A stretch of 64,000 nucleotides of DNA from Cyanophyceae cyanobacterium (GTDB lineage: Bacteria > Cyanobacteriota > Cyanobacteriia > Cyanobacteriales > Laspinemataceae), in assembly GCA_038321985.1 (NCBI GenBank), contig JBBQFN010000021.1, forward strand, positions 1 through 64,000, in the 5' to 3' direction. The translations under genes and the position numbers were made by a program. Positions 51,478 through 61,928 of this stretch are shown here, piece after piece (within the stretch, counting starts at the first letter, position 1; each line of letters starts with the position of its first letter). The notes beneath the pieces are model-generated. The model was not told where the DNA came from and searched no databases. It was given only the letters and a program-made list of their open reading frames with translations.

Positions 51478-53309
51478 ACGCAAAACCCCTTGAATTTCTC
51501 CAAAAAGATATTCTGATCGTAGATGATACTCAAGATAATCTCCGCTATCTGGCGACAATTTTAACCGATGAAGGATATAAAGTTCGCAAGGCATTAAACG
51601 GTCAAATGGCCCTCAAAGCCTGTCGAGTTGTTGTGCCTGACCTGATTTTATTAGATATCATGATGCCTGATATGAGCGGGTATCAAGTTTGCGAAATTTT
51701 AAAAACTAATGATGCCACTTGCGAGGTTCCAGTTATTTTCTTGAGTGCATTAGATGATGCTTTTGATAAGGTAAAAGCCTTTAATGTCGGTGGGGTGGAT
51801 TACATTAGCAAACCCTTTCAATTAGAAGAAGTTTTAGCTCGGATTCAAACCCAACTCATCCGCCGGGCAGCAGAATTAAAAATTCAGCAACTCAATGCCG
51901 AATTGGAAAGTCGGGTCCAAGAACGAACGCTCCAGTTAGAATGCTCCAATCAAGACCTGCTTCAGGAAATTAAGGAGCGTAAGCAACTGCAAGAACAGTT
52001 ACTCCATCTAGCCCTGCATGACTCCTTGACAAATTTGCCCAATCGGTCGCTATTTATGGAACGGCTGGACCAGGCGATCGCCCTTAGAAAAGCCAACCCA
52101 GACTATCAGTTTGCTGTCCTCTTTTTAGATTGCGATCGCTTTAAAGTGGTGAACGATTCTCTCGGTCATCTGGTCGGGGATGAACTGTTGATTGCCATTG
52201 GGCAACGCCTCCAATCCACGCTCACGGAAAACGATACCTTGGCCCGATTAGGCGGAGATGAATTTGCTGTGCTGCTGGAAGAATTGCCAACTCTTGACCG
52301 ATCGCCAGCGATCGCTGACTGCATTTTAGACTCTCTAAAGGAACCCTTTCAACTCTCCCGCTACGAAGTCTTTATTAATGCCAGTATCGGCATTACCCTG
52401 GGCAGTTTTTATAATGAAAAACCCGAATATTTACTCCGGGATGCTGACACCGCGATGTATCGTGCCAAATCCCTCGGAAAAGGCCAATATTACCTCTTCA
52501 ACCCGGTAATGCATGAGGAGGCTTTAAACCGTCTCCAGCTTGAGAATGACTTACGGCGGGCCGTAGAACGAAAGGAATTTAAAGTTTATTATCAACCGAT
52601 TATTTCCCTAACCACGGGCCGAATTTATGGTTTTGAATCCCTCGTGCGCTGGCAACATCCAGTGCGCGGCTTTATCCCTCCTGTCGAATTTATCCCCGTC
52701 GCCGAAGAAACGGGTTTAATCGCTAATATTGACCTGTGGGTGTTAGGAGAATCCGTTCGCCAAATTCAGGACTGGCAACATCAAAACCTAATCGATGAAT
52801 CAGTGACTTGTAGCGTGAATTTATCAGCGCGGCATTTTCTGCAATCCTCGTTTATCCATCGCTTGAGGAAACTCTTGGAAGTCACCCAAATCAATCCTCA
52901 AATACTCAAACTGGAAATTACCGAAAGTGCGATCGCCAATAAAAACCAAGCCACTCTGGACATTCTCCACCAAATTCGCGACTGCCAAGTTGAATTAAGC
53001 ATTGATGACTTTGGCACCGGCTATTCTTCCTTAAGTTATCTAGAAGAATTTCCCGTCAATGTCCTAAAAATCGATCGCTCGTTTATCAAGCGGATTGATG
53101 GCAGCGAACATAATGGCGGATTAGTTCCCGGTATTATCGGCATTGCTCACACAATGGGTATGATTGCGATCGCCGAAGGAGTGGAAACGCCTATTCAATT
53201 AGAGAAACTTCGACGATTGGGCTGTGATTTTGCCCAGGGATATCTCTTTGCTAAACCCTTGAATCCCGATGCCGTAGCCGAATTATTAGCCCGTTCTCCC
53301 CAGTGGTAA
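51474..53309 (+). CDS. REC-GGDEF-EAL c-di-GMP enzyme
   Basis: RLGGDEF, FESLVRW and IDDFGTGYSS motifs; ATGA overlap with the upstream kinase. Confidence 0.95.
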   Translation: MNAKPLEFLQKDILIVDDTQDNLRYLATILTDEGYKVRKALNGQMALKACRVVVPDLILLDIMMPDMSGYQVCEILKTNDATCEVPVIFLSALDDAFDKVKAFNVGGVDYISKPFQLEEVLARIQTQLIRRAAELKIQQLNAELESRVQERTLQLECSNQDLLQEIKERKQLQEQLLHLALHDSLTNLPNRSLFMERLDQAIALRKANPDYQFAVLFLDCDRFKVVNDSLGHLVGDELLIAIGQRLQSTLTENDTLARLGGDEFAVLLEELPTLDRSPAIADCILDSLKEPFQLSRYEVFINASIGITLGSFYNEKPEYLLRDADTAMYRAKSLGKGQYYLFNPVMHEEALNRLQLENDLRRAVERKEFKVYYQPIISLTTGRIYGFESLVRWQHPVRGFIPPVEFIPVAEETGLIANIDLWVLGESVRQIQDWQHQNLIDESVTCSVNLSARHFLQSSFIHRLRKLLEVTQINPQILKLEITESAIANKNQATLDILHQIRDCQVELSIDDFGTGYSSLSYLEEFPVNVLKIDRSFIKRIDGSEHNGGLVPGIIGIAHTMGMIAIAEGVETPIQLEKLRRLGCDFAQGYLFAKPLNPDAVAELLARSPQW

Positions 53310-53472
53310 CCCTCAGTTATCACGGGGTACAGGGTTAGATTCACCGGCCCCGACACTGGGTTTTTAGCCCTTTCTTGGTTGCTGAGGGTGACCGATGTTC
53401 TCCAGAAACACGGTTCCTCACCCCTCCTGGCTACCCCAAACTAGGATACCCGGCGATCGCCTCTGTACATCC

Positions 53473-54015
53473 CTAAAGCTGCTGCAATTGCTCTAATAAC
53501 CGGCTGACTTGAGCATTGGGTTCTAAAAACGAAAACAGATGTTTAAAGCGTAACTTTCCCTCTACATCTAGCACATATTGTGCGGGTAAGGGAGCACCGA
53601 GGGCTTGTCCCGTTCCATAAGCCCGAAAGACTAAACAACTGGGATCGCACAAAACTGGCATTTTTAATCCCAAGTCGCGGATCACTATTTGGCTTTGACG
53701 TTCATCGGTACTGGTGATTAATAACACTTCTGCACCCGCTTCAACAAATTGCTCATACGCCGTATTCATGGCTTTAATGTGAGGAAAGCACAGGGGACAG
53801 TATTGTTTTTCTGTAAAAATGCGGGTGAAATATAAAATTATCGGTTGTTTTTCTCGGTATTCCGAGATGCGAATAGAACCCTCACCGTTGACATGGGGCA
53901 GTTGAAAGTCAGGAGGGCAAACTTCCGGGTAAAGTTTATTAAGGGCAGGAATGGGAAGAAAGTTTTGGAAAAAGCGTTGATTGAGTAACCCTCTAAAATC
54001 CGTGGATGTCAACAT
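53473..54015 (-). CDS. AhpC/TSA peroxiredoxin-like protein (CxxC)
   Basis: PDFQLP, YCPLC and thioredoxin-fold pattern. Confidence 0.8.
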   Translation of the reverse strand: MLTSTDFRGLLNQRFFQNFLPIPALNKLYPEVCPPDFQLPHVNGEGSIRISEYREKQPIILYFTRIFTEKQYCPLCFPHIKAMNTAYEQFVEAGAEVLLITSTDERQSQIVIRDLGLKMPVLCDPSCLVFRAYGTGQALGAPLPAQYVLDVEGKLRFKHLFSFLEPNAQVSRLLEQLQQL

Positions 54016-54061
54016 GGTTTAAGCCTCTTTATCCGATTAATTAGAAAATCATTCATAAATT

Positions 54062-54114
54062 TTAACCCCAACTCAATCCGTGCTGAATCAGCTTAGGGAA
54101 AGAGTTGGGGTTAA
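54062..54114. repeat. Intercistronic inverted repeat
   Basis: TTAACCCCAACTC ... GAGTTGGGGTTAA. Confidence 0.6.
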
Positions 54115-54184
54115 TCGGGTGTAAGGGCGATCGCTAATCAGGTTGCAACCGCGATCGCCCGGTAAGCCAATCCAACAAATTAGC

Positions 54185-54796
54185 TTAAATAGCGGCAAAG
54201 TATTCTTTAGACTTCTTGGGGTCCGGGTTCATGGTTTGAGCACCGGGTTGCCAACCTGCGGGACACACTTCATCGGGGTGAGTCTGAACGTGCTGAATCG
54301 CTTGCAGAATCCGCAGAGTTTCATCGACATTACGGCCAAATGCCAGGTTATTGATAGTGGCGTGCTGGATCACACCGTCTTTGTCGATGATAAATAGTCC
54401 ACGTAGGGCGATTCCCGCTTCTGGATCGAGGACGTTGTAAGCGGAACTAATTTCCTTTTTGATGTCAGAAACCAGGGGATAATTCAGGTCACCGAGACCC
54501 CCAGATTTGCGGTCAGTTTGGAGCCAGGCTAGGTGAGAAAATTCACTGTCAACGGACACGCCCAGCACTTCCGTGTTTAATTGGCTGAATTTTCCATGAC
54601 TATCGCTAAATGCCGTAATTTCCGTCGGACAGACAAAGGTAAAGTCCAAGGGATAGAAGAACAACACCACATACTTACCTCGGTAGTCCGAGAGTTTGAT
54701 GGTTTTGAACTCTTGATCCACAACGGCGGTGGCGGTAAAGTCGGGGGCTTGTTGGCCGACGCGGATGCATCCTTCGGTCATTGTTTGTTTCTCCAT
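54185..54796 (-). CDS. Typical 2-Cys peroxiredoxin (Prx1/AhpC type)
   Basis: FTFVCPTE and EVCP; also GGLG and C-terminal YF overoxidation-sensitivity motifs. Confidence 0.96.
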   Translation of the reverse strand: MEKQTMTEGCIRVGQQAPDFTATAVVDQEFKTIKLSDYRGKYVVLFFYPLDFTFVCPTEITAFSDSHGKFSQLNTEVLGVSVDSEFSHLAWLQTDRKSGGLGDLNYPLVSDIKKEISSAYNVLDPEAGIALRGLFIIDKDGVIQHATINNLAFGRNVDETLRILQAIQHVQTHPDEVCPAGWQPGAQTMNPDPKKSKEYFAAI

Positions 54797-54875
54797 GTTA
54801 TGAGGGTTAAGTAGCTCGGACGGGCCTTCACGTGGGCTTGTAAAGCACTCTAGACGCGATTGGTACGACCGATTC

Positions 54876-54893
54876 TTTACGAACCGTTACAAG
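54876..54893. promoter_or_regulatory. Candidate HLR1 (RpaB) site upstream of the peroxiredoxin
   Basis: TTTACGAA-cc-GTTACAAG, 7/8 match in each half-site. Confidence 0.4.
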
Positions 54894-55160
54894 AATATCA
54901 TAATCATAACGATTTTGAGTAGACTGCCTCCCGGAAATAAGAAGTGCGGATTTTACGACAGCCGGTTGCTCGATCGCGAGGCTGATTGAATGAGCTAGGA
55001 TGGGGGATTGGGTTTGGTGCGTAAGTTCTGACCTACAATGAAGGTAAGATATGCAAAACCAAGTTCCGGCTGGCGATCGGAACTGATGAAAATGCCTAAC
55101 GTCTTTGATTAACAGAAGATTACAGAAAAAGTTTTTTAAACCCCGAAGGGTAAACTATCA

Positions 55161-55589
55161 ATGAAACTACCCACTCGCCCCCTGATCGCCCCCCTGTTCG
55201 CAGTCATGGTAGCCGCGATCGCCCCCCATCGGATTCATGCAGAAGTCGTCCAATTGCAACCCCAACTCAACCGTGAGCCGATTCAACTGCAAGGGACATC
55301 TGGGGGTTCGCAAAAAAGCGACTGTGGCAAGATTTCCGACCAACCCAGCCAAACCCTGGAAGTCGGACAGCAGTTTCCCTATCTGCGGTTACGGGTTGAG
55401 AGTGCCGGAGAACCGACTCTCTTAATTGAAGGTCCAACGGGACGTTTCTGCGTACTTGCGGATAGTACCGCCGGAGAAAAGCCGGAAATGTCAGGGTTGT
55501 GGGCTGTCGGCACCTATCAGATCTACATTGGTGACCTAGCCGGAGGACAGCATAGTTATACCCTCTCTATCTCCCAAAATCCTAACTAG
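55161..55589 (+). CDS. Secreted hypothetical protein (PPC-like beta domain)
   Basis: Signal-peptide-like N-terminus; CG...P, TLLIEGP and GTYQIYIG motifs. Confidence 0.7.
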   Translation: MKLPTRPLIAPLFAVMVAAIAPHRIHAEVVQLQPQLNREPIQLQGTSGGSQKSDCGKISDQPSQTLEVGQQFPYLRLRVESAGEPTLLIEGPTGRFCVLADSTAGEKPEMSGLWAVGTYQIYIGDLAGGQHSYTLSISQNPN

Positions 55590-58500
55590 CCAGATTCTGC
55601 GTTTTCTAGCAACATTTTGAGAGCGGTTTTGACTTGTTCGTATTCGCTCATCAGTTGGGAGAAAATTTCGGTAACCTCTGGGGGTGGCGGTGTTTTCGAG
55701 GTGTGATGCGATCGCCCAAGTGATTCAAGTTGCTGACTCAGTTCAGCTAAAGTTAGAGCGCCAACTGCGGCACTGGTTGATTTCAAAGAGTGCGCCGCCT
55801 CTTCGATTTCACCACTCTCATCTTGAGCGATCGCCACGGTGAGACAGTCCAGCAGCTTGGGAGACTCCACTAAATAAATCTCGATTACCTCTTCCAGGGC
55901 CTCGATTTCACGTAAAGACTCTAACGTGCTGGGATTCAGAACAGGAGTAGACCGATTCACCCTCACAACTGGGTGGGCGATCGCACTGGGGGAAGAACGG
56001 ATAAAACTCTTAGACTCCGGCAATTTAGAATTCACCGTAGAGAAGCCCGAGTCTGTAGCGGATACCCGGGCGATCGCCCGGGGAGAACGGTCTGAGTCCG
56101 GTTGACACAGATTCAAGGCTTCCACTAATTCCGGCATTCGGATCGGCTTACTGATATAGTCATCCATCCCCGCCTCTAGGCAGAGTTCGCGATCGCCCTG
56201 CATCGCATTAGCCGTCATCGCAATAATGCGCGGCTTGTACCCCAATACGCCGGAGAGAGCCTCTTGACAAATTTGGCGAGTCGCAGCCAACCCGTCCATT
56301 TCGGGCATATGAACGTCCATGAGGACAACATCGTAATGTTGGCGGTCCAACGCTTGCAAGACTTCAATGCCATTTCCTGCCACATCAGCACGATACCCCA
56401 AGCGATGCAAAATTTGCAACGCCACCTTTTGATTGACTAAATGATCCTCCGCCAACAGAATGCGTAAAGGCTGGCGTTGAGCCATCTGGGGGTCAATGGG
56501 GACGGCGTTCAAATGAATCCGAGAAAGAATCGGTACCCCCCCAAAGATTCCCGCCAAAACATTGTACAGATAAGACTGTTTAATCGGCTTATTCAGAAAT
56601 GCTGCAAACGGCACCTTATACGGCAGATCCACTTCCTGTCTGCCAATCGAAGTTAACATCACCAAGGGGAACTCCCGATTTTTGAGTAACCCTCGGATAT
56701 AGGAGGCTAAGGTAATCCCATCCATTTGCGGCATCTGCATATCCAGAATGCCAATATCAAAAGTTTCCGAATTTTGCAACCACTCCAGGGCTTCCCGGGC
56801 CGAAGCGGCTGCCTTGGGCTTCATCCCCCAAAACAAAGCTTGACGGGTTAAAATTTGGCGGTTGGTGGCGTTATCATCCACAATCAGCACCCGCTTACCG
56901 GCTAAGGAGGGTTGAGTGCCGTTCAGGTCAACAGGTAAGGTATTTACAGCCGGTGTTGCCATCAGCGTAAAGTAGAACGTAGAGCCCGTGGGGGTGGTAT
57001 CGGGAAAAGGCGATTTTGAATCCGTTAAGGTAAAGATACTTTGCTCAGGGTCCGGGACCGGCGAGAAATTGACAACAGCAGAAGAGGCGATCGGCCATTG
57101 AAACCCAGGGTCCGGGTCGCCCCCGAGTCCTTCTCCGCTGACGACCCACATTCGGCCCCCCATCAATTCGCTTAGACGCTTGCTGATTGCTAGACCCAAA
57201 CCCGTGCCGCCATACTCGCGGGTGGTTGAGGAATCCACCTGAGAAAAGGACTTGAACAACCGATTCATCCGTTCTGGGGGAATGCCGATGCCGGTGTCGG
57301 AAACTGTAAATTGGATTTGATACAGGGAAAGAGCCGCGCTTAGACCCTCGGGGAGGTGACCGTTCGTATTCTCGTCAGATTTGAGGGTTAAGACATCATT
57401 CTCGATGCCTACGGCTTTCGGCGGGGGAATTGCAGCGGCACTCACCGATACCACGACTTCCCCTTTTTCGGTGAATTTCACGGCATTACTCAGCAAATTC
57501 ACTAAAATTTGTCGGACTCGGGTCACATCTCCAATAATCATTTCTGGAGTAGAAGGTTCAATCAGATAGGCCAACTCTACCCCTTTTTCGGAGGCTCTGG
57601 AGGCGAGTAAATCTAGGGAATCTTCAATACAAGCGCGCAGGTTAAACGGTTGCTGTTCCAAATCGAGTTTCCCCGACTCAATTTTCGAGAAGTCGAGGAT
57701 ATCGTTAATAATGGTCAGCAGGGCATCCCCACTGGCGCGGACGGTTTCTACAAAATCCCGTTGTTCGGCGTTGAGGGAGGTATCCAGCAGCAATCCCGTC
57801 ATCCCAATCACCGCATTCATGGGGGTACGGATTTCGTGGCTCATGGTGGCTAGAAACTCACTTTTAGCCCGAGTAGCCGCCAGGGCCTCGTCTCTGGCTC
57901 GGGCTAAATCAGCGGCGGCCGCACGGCGCTCAATTTCACTGCCGATCCACTGTGCCATCAGTTTGAGGAGTTCTTTATCCACCGCTTTAAACGGGCGGGA
58001 AAGGGGCTGGCTACTGGAAAAGTTGAGGGTGCCATAGATTTTGCCTCCCACAATTACCCGAGTTCCGATATAGGCGTCTTGGGGAAGGGGGGTTTGGGTG
58101 GGTTTGTTGTGCCAGCGCGTCACACTTACGGATTCAAAATAAAGGGGTTCTTTCAGGCGCAGGGTTTCGCGACAGTAGGTTTGACTTAAGGGGAAGCGAT
58201 CGCCGGGTTCGAGGGTATTATCCGGAGATTGAACGGCTACGATTTCATAGCGATCGCCTTTAATCCGGGATAAAATAGCGATTTCCAACCCAAACCGCCG
58301 TCTTCCCATCACGAGCAATCGTTGCAACCGTTGCTCGAAGCTGAGTTTGCGAGAGGATGTAATTTTATAAAGCGCCCGAATAGAGGCTTCACTTTCGCGC
58401 AGTTCCTCATCGGTTTGATGGCGTTCGGTGATATCCCGGGAAATGGCGACTAATTCTTCTATCTCGTCGGTGTGGGGATTGCGAACCGTGCGGCTGGTAC

Positions 58501-59887
58501 TTTCAAACCACAGGTAATGCCCATATTTATGGCGGATCCGGTAGCTGACGGTATAACTAACTTGACCCTTGACCATTGCCAGATAGGATCTGGCGATCGC
58601 CTTGGCATCCTCGGGATGGAAAAATTCATAGAGGTTACATCCGATCAGTTCTTCGGGTTCATATCCCAATAAAGAATGACAAGCGGGGGAGACGTAAATA
58701 AACTTCCCTTTTGGGGTATGCCGCGAAATCATATCGGTGGAGTTTTCCGCCATCAATCGATAGCGTTCTTCGCTTTCTTTGAGCTTATATTGCGACTCTT
58801 GCAGGGCTTTGAGCATCCCGTTGATGGTCACCCCTAAACTGGAAAGTTCATCGTGACCCGCAATTTTGACCCGCATGGATAGGTCGCCTTTGTTCCCGAT
58901 GCGTGCGACTTTTTTGCTAAGAACGGTTAGGCGTGAGAGGACTAATTTTTCAAATAGCAACAGGGTCAGCCCACTAAATCCTAAACTTACTCCTAACAAA
59001 GAGCCAATAAAATAGCGGACGCTGGTTTTACCTTTGGCGTATATTTCTCGACTATGCTTGACTTGCAGCAGCAGACGGTTATTACTAGCGAGGGTCGGAA
59101 TCGCGGTATAGCCCACTATCTCCGTCTCGTTCAGGGCCTCAACCACGATGGGCAACTGCTCGGCTTGCTCCCAATCTAGGGTCTGTAAGGGAGAAAGACG
59201 CTCTAACTTGAGTTTCACCGCTTCCAAATCCGGTGGCAGAGCGCTCATCGGGTAAATGCTCAGGGATAATTGGGTCAAATCGGCAAGGCGAGCGATTTCC
59301 TGCGGATTCAGGAAGCGTCCGACGACGAAGGTACCCCGGTAGGGACCCGAACCCTGACTGGTCAAAATAGATTGGGCGGCAATCACTGCCGGACCCTGGG
59401 GAAGGAGGACGATGCCACTGAGGGGGTGATTGTAGTGTCTGGTTTGCGCGAATTTTTTCTCGACTTGTTGTTGATAAGCCGATGCTAAATCGGGAATCAA
59501 ACTGGGCATCGGGATTTCGACCTGCTGCTGAAAATCAAAGGCTTTACTAAAAACGGGTTTCCTTTGTTCGTCCAGGATGAGCAATAGATTCAGCTTTAAT
59601 TGGATGAAGGTTTCATTGCCAAAATTGGAGTTAACATAGTTGGGGTCTCCCGGTTCGATAAAGCTATAGGTATCGTCCCATTCTGCATGATATTGAGCGA
59701 GGGATTGAAGTTCGTTAATGGTTTCCTGGAGAGACTGCAAGCCTCGGATTGCATCTTGATGAACAACTTTCTGTTCTAATTCCTGAAAGTCTCCCAGTAG
59801 AATACTCGATGCGGTTCCATACAGCACGACATTCAGGCCTAACAGGGTCGTGCCGACTATTATTAATATTTTCTTTCGCAATTTCAT
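55586..59887 (-). CDS. Membrane hybrid kinase CHASE4-HAMP-PAS-GAF-HisKA-HATPase-REC-REC-Hpt
   Basis: Two TM segments, WDDTY (CHASE4), MSHEIRTPM, Hpt AAHSLKS. Confidence 0.92.
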   Translation of the reverse strand: MKLRKKILIIVGTTLLGLNVVLYGTASSILLGDFQELEQKVVHQDAIRGLQSLQETINELQSLAQYHAEWDDTYSFIEPGDPNYVNSNFGNETFIQLKLNLLLILDEQRKPVFSKAFDFQQQVEIPMPSLIPDLASAYQQQVEKKFAQTRHYNHPLSGIVLLPQGPAVIAAQSILTSQGSGPYRGTFVVGRFLNPQEIARLADLTQLSLSIYPMSALPPDLEAVKLKLERLSPLQTLDWEQAEQLPIVVEALNETEIVGYTAIPTLASNNRLLLQVKHSREIYAKGKTSVRYFIGSLLGVSLGFSGLTLLLFEKLVLSRLTVLSKKVARIGNKGDLSMRVKIAGHDELSSLGVTINGMLKALQESQYKLKESEERYRLMAENSTDMISRHTPKGKFIYVSPACHSLLGYEPEELIGCNLYEFFHPEDAKAIARSYLAMVKGQVSYTVSYRIRHKYGHYLWFESTSRTVRNPHTDEIEELVAISRDITERHQTDEELRESEASIRALYKITSSRKLSFEQRLQRLLVMGRRRFGLEIAILSRIKGDRYEIVAVQSPDNTLEPGDRFPLSQTYCRETLRLKEPLYFESVSVTRWHNKPTQTPLPQDAYIGTRVIVGGKIYGTLNFSSSQPLSRPFKAVDKELLKLMAQWIGSEIERRAAAADLARARDEALAATRAKSEFLATMSHEIRTPMNAVIGMTGLLLDTSLNAEQRDFVETVRASGDALLTIINDILDFSKIESGKLDLEQQPFNLRACIEDSLDLLASRASEKGVELAYLIEPSTPEMIIGDVTRVRQILVNLLSNAVKFTEKGEVVVSVSAAAIPPPKAVGIENDVLTLKSDENTNGHLPEGLSAALSLYQIQFTVSDTGIGIPPERMNRLFKSFSQVDSSTTREYGGTGLGLAISKRLSELMGGRMWVVSGEGLGGDPDPGFQWPIASSAVVNFSPVPDPEQSIFTLTDSKSPFPDTTPTGSTFYFTLMATPAVNTLPVDLNGTQPSLAGKRVLIVDDNATNRQILTRQALFWGMKPKAAASAREALEWLQNSETFDIGILDMQMPQMDGITLASYIRGLLKNREFPLVMLTSIGRQEVDLPYKVPFAAFLNKPIKQSYLYNVLAGIFGGVPILSRIHLNAVPIDPQMAQRQPLRILLAEDHLVNQKVALQILHRLGYRADVAGNGIEVLQALDRQHYDVVLMDVHMPEMDGLAATRQICQEALSGVLGYKPRIIAMTANAMQGDRELCLEAGMDDYISKPIRMPELVEALNLCQPDSDRSPRAIARVSATDSGFSTVNSKLPESKSFIRSSPSAIAHPVVRVNRSTPVLNPSTLESLREIEALEEVIEIYLVESPKLLDCLTVAIAQDESGEIEEAAHSLKSTSAAVGALTLAELSQQLESLGRSHHTSKTPPPPEVTEIFSQLMSEYEQVKTALKMLLENAESG

Positions 59888-60361
59888 AGAATGCTGGCAC
59901 CCTCATCTTCGTTACTCACCCAGTCCACCAAAACGGCAGTTCCGGCGAAGACTTCGTTTCTGTTGGCACGACCTAATTGCACTGAATAAGCGTGGCGCGA
60001 TCGCTCCATAATTCTATAGATACTGTGATCCGTTCGCTGTATGGCCTACTGTATCGCCTAGTTTGGAAATGGCTACATAGCCTACTCCCTATACCCGGAT
60101 GGGAACACTGAAATAGGGCCTCATCCTGGTGATTGATCGGCGATCGCGTATCTTGCCCCGTATCTTGCCCGGGTGTTACCCGGGGGTGAGGCTCCACTGC
60201 TCCGGGGTGCCTTTGAAGGCTAGACTATACCGTTCCCTGGGTGAGGGAGCCTCAGACCTATAATGCCCAATCCAACCGACGAACCTGCATCGTTTGATTA
60301 TGGCTTATCAGTTTATTCAAGTAAAGGATCACCACGGTATCCTGTCGGGTTTTCGTCGGAT

Positions 60362-61873
60362 TCAAACGGGGTCACGTTTTACCAATTGTGCTGTTTGCTC
60401 AGGTTCTACCAGGGTGTTGGCGCAGAGGATTCCCGAGGCAGCCACGGCGGGAACGCCAATGCCGGGGAGGGTGCTATCCCCCACCCGGTATAATCCGCTA
60501 ATGGGGGTGTGGATACTGGGAAATGTCCCTTTTCCAGCGGCGATCGCCGGACCATAGGTACCTTGATCCCGGCGCAGGAATTTGGCATGGGTCAGAGGAG
60601 TGCCGATCAGTTCCAAAACAATACGGCTGCGGACATCGGGAATAATTCGCTCTAAGGCTCGAAACAGGGGTTGTGCTCGCGATCGCTTGCGGGCTTTATA
60701 GGTGGGATCGGACTGCCAAGGGTGATAGGGTTCCATGGTATAAGCATGAATCCCATGATATCCTGGGGGGGCAAGATTTGGGTCCCAGACGGAGGGAATG
60801 GAAATCATACAGGTATTCCCGGGTTCCGTGAGGTCGCGATCGCTGTCGTGAACCACCACATGATGTCCGGTGAGTCCCGCCAATCCATCGGCTTTGATGC
60901 CCAGGTGCAGGTGCATAAAGCTATTCAGGGCAGGGGTTTCTAAGGCTTGACGGCGATAAGATTCCGGCAGTTCTTCCGGTGCAACTAGATGGGTGTAGGT
61001 ATCCCAAATCGTAGCATTGGAAATGACAATGGGTGCTCGGATGATTGTACCCTTTCGCAAGCGCACCCCGGTTACGCGGCCTGCTTCGATTAAAATGCGC
61101 TCTACATGGGCATTCAGGCGCAGTTCCCCTCCCCATCGGGTTAATCCTCTTACCAGGGCTTCGATCAGGGCGGTACTACCGCCGAGGGGATAGTCGATGG
61201 CGCTGCGATTGCGTTCCCCGAACATAAAGGCGACTTCTGGGGCGATCGTGCCGTGAGCTTTGAATCCAGAGAGTAAGAAGCATTCTAGGTCAACTAAACG
61301 GCGTACGAAGGGGTCTTGCACGTCGCGATCTAGGAGTTGACCGACGGACCCTTGAATGTCCCGGAGATGGGGCAGTAATTTTATTAAGGCGGGCCAGTAT
61401 GACAACAGGACGGGGAATATCTGGCGATCGGCTCGTAATCTCAAGGAGGGAATGCCTTTGAGGGCGTCATACAACGACAGCATCCGCCGTTCAAACCGTT
61501 GGAGTTGTTTGGCTCCGGTAGGGGTAATGGCGGCAATTTCGGCCCGATAGCGATCAAAATTACCATAAATGGGTAGGGTACAGTCTCCTAAGTGATAATG
61601 TCCCAAGGGGTCGTAAGCGATCGTTTGCACCGATTCTCCGAGGAGATCAAGGACTTGGCGCAGGGGGTTAAGGCTGTAGGAATCCCCGAGTCCGCAGTAA
61701 AACGAGGGTCCGGAGTCGAAGTGAAATCCTTGGCGATCAAACCCATGTGCTGCACCTCCGGCGATTGTATGACTCTCACATACTAGCACCCGCTTGCCAT
61801 ACCGAGCCAGTAAGGCTGCTGTAACTAATCCCCCAATTCCACTACCAATGGCGATCGCGTCATACTCTGTCAT
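60362..61873 (-). CDS. Phytoene desaturase / carotenoid isomerase-like FAD oxidoreductase
   Basis: GSGIGG, FDSGPS and GDSTLPGIGVPAVAASG motifs. Confidence 0.85.
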   Translation of the reverse strand: MTEYDAIAIGSGIGGLVTAALLARYGKRVLVCESHTIAGGAAHGFDRQGFHFDSGPSFYCGLGDSYSLNPLRQVLDLLGESVQTIAYDPLGHYHLGDCTLPIYGNFDRYRAEIAAITPTGAKQLQRFERRMLSLYDALKGIPSLRLRADRQIFPVLLSYWPALIKLLPHLRDIQGSVGQLLDRDVQDPFVRRLVDLECFLLSGFKAHGTIAPEVAFMFGERNRSAIDYPLGGSTALIEALVRGLTRWGGELRLNAHVERILIEAGRVTGVRLRKGTIIRAPIVISNATIWDTYTHLVAPEELPESYRRQALETPALNSFMHLHLGIKADGLAGLTGHHVVVHDSDRDLTEPGNTCMISIPSVWDPNLAPPGYHGIHAYTMEPYHPWQSDPTYKARKRSRAQPLFRALERIIPDVRSRIVLELIGTPLTHAKFLRRDQGTYGPAIAAGKGTFPSIHTPISGLYRVGDSTLPGIGVPAVAASGILCANTLVEPEQTAQLVKRDPV

Positions 61874-61928
61874 ATCTGCCTGTTCTCCCTGGACTATTCA
61901 CTCACGCTTCTACAACGGGGCGATCGGT

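Noticed and set aside
60147..60170. Tandem CGTATCTTGCCC x2
   Set aside because: Single 12-bp slippage-type duplication with no further structure
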